This document shows positions 62,995-64,000 of a stretch of 64,000 nucleotides of DNA, piece by piece; the stretch's first letter is position 1; each line of letters starts with the position of its first letter. Under the pieces are notes generated by a model, which worked only from the letters and a program-made list of their open reading frames with translations, did not search any database and was not told where the DNA came from. The stretch lies in NCBI RefSeq assembly GCF_006345805.1, contig NC_043016.1, forward strand, positions 19,778,001 to 19,842,000. Direction: 5' to 3'. This DNA comes from Octopus sinensis (Eukaryota). Both the position numbers and the translations under genes were made by a program.

Positions 62995-64000
62995 ATATAT
63001 ATGTATATAGGCTCAGGTATGACTGTGATTAAGTGGTTAAGAAGCTTGCCTCCTAATCACTATGCTGTAAATGGACAACCATCTTCTATTGTAGCCCCAT
63101 ATCAGTCTTGTGTGTGGCTTTGGTAGACGACAAGTGATAAAAGCCTGTCTCATATATGCGTGCACACGTGTGTGTGACCTTGTCTTGACATTGTATGATG
63201 GTTGCAAATAAGCGTCATTTGTTTCAAATCATTTGCTTGGAACCAAGTGTAGGTTGGTGAGGGGAGGGCCATAGAAAATTTTCCCCAGTGAATTCCATTA
63301 GATCCATGCAAACATGGAAAAGTGGATGTTAAAACTGATTGTATATAAATTTAGGTGTATCTGTGTACATACATATATATATATATATATATATTTATAC
63401 ATATATATGCTTGTTTTACAAGTACATTTCAATGTTAATCTTAGTGATGTTGGAGTGGATGAACATTTGAATGTGTTTTCATGGTTGAAATCCTTCCAGA
63501 ACTGCCAACCTGTTTGAGTGTGAAGTGGGGGGAGAGCTTGTTTTGTTACTGTACTTGATTTAAGGAAAAGCTATGTTAGTTTGTTGTTTATCTCCTGATC
63601 AATCTATACTGAGCAGCTAAAGCTAAAATCAAAGGCATTCCAGCCATGAACCTTTATTTTTCTAGAACATTACATGATGAGTTTTTTTGGGTTTTTTTTA
63701 AAGATTCAGGGAAGACTTAGCTGTCTTTTCTTTCAGGTTGAGTGACCATATAGAGTAGCCCTGAGCAAACAGCAGCCTGCAGACTTTCTGAATATGGCAC
63801 ACCACTGAAAAATTACCTTGAATTTCTTTAGGAGTGCAGCTTACCTTATTCATGTGCCATACCTCATGCAGCCTGCTTCTCAAAAATGGTTGCCCATGCC
63901 TGATACAGGTTTTCCTTCGTTGACTTGTTTATGTTGTTGGTTAGCTTCAGATCAGCTCAGATAGAGCTGGCAGGCTTATGATAAGAGATCATTCCAACCA

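Noticed and set aside
63720-63830. Strong-looking acceptor cttttctttcAG
   Set aside because: All three frames hit stops within a few codons.

Overview
AT-rich, microsatellite-dense animal genomic DNA. The SINE families resemble those I recognise from octopus (OK- and OR-type), so a coleoid cephalopod origin is inferred, not proven. Most of the window looks like intron of one + strand protein-coding gene. Three phase-compatible exons (13998-14083, 24589-24878, 43798-44417) give a 332-aa, largely disordered, PxxP-containing N-terminus that I cannot name, and there is a possible alternative start exon at 60720-60798. The rest is transposon debris: tRNA-derived SINEs, RTE, R4/Dong and CR1-like LINE fragments, Tc1/mariner/maT relics, hAT MITEs and four non-autonomous Helitrons. 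The most striking signals are: (i) hammerhead-ribozyme motifs in three unrelated repeat elements, including a 528-bp foldback with one motif in each arm; (ii) about ten long hairpins or foldbacks; (iii) a 133-aa +1-frame ORF overlapping the gene across all three exons; (iv) a sharply bounded, near-identical 307-bp tract shared by two otherwise diverged repeats 7 kb apart. I found no rRNA, true tRNA gene or CRISPR array. SINE boundaries are approximate.
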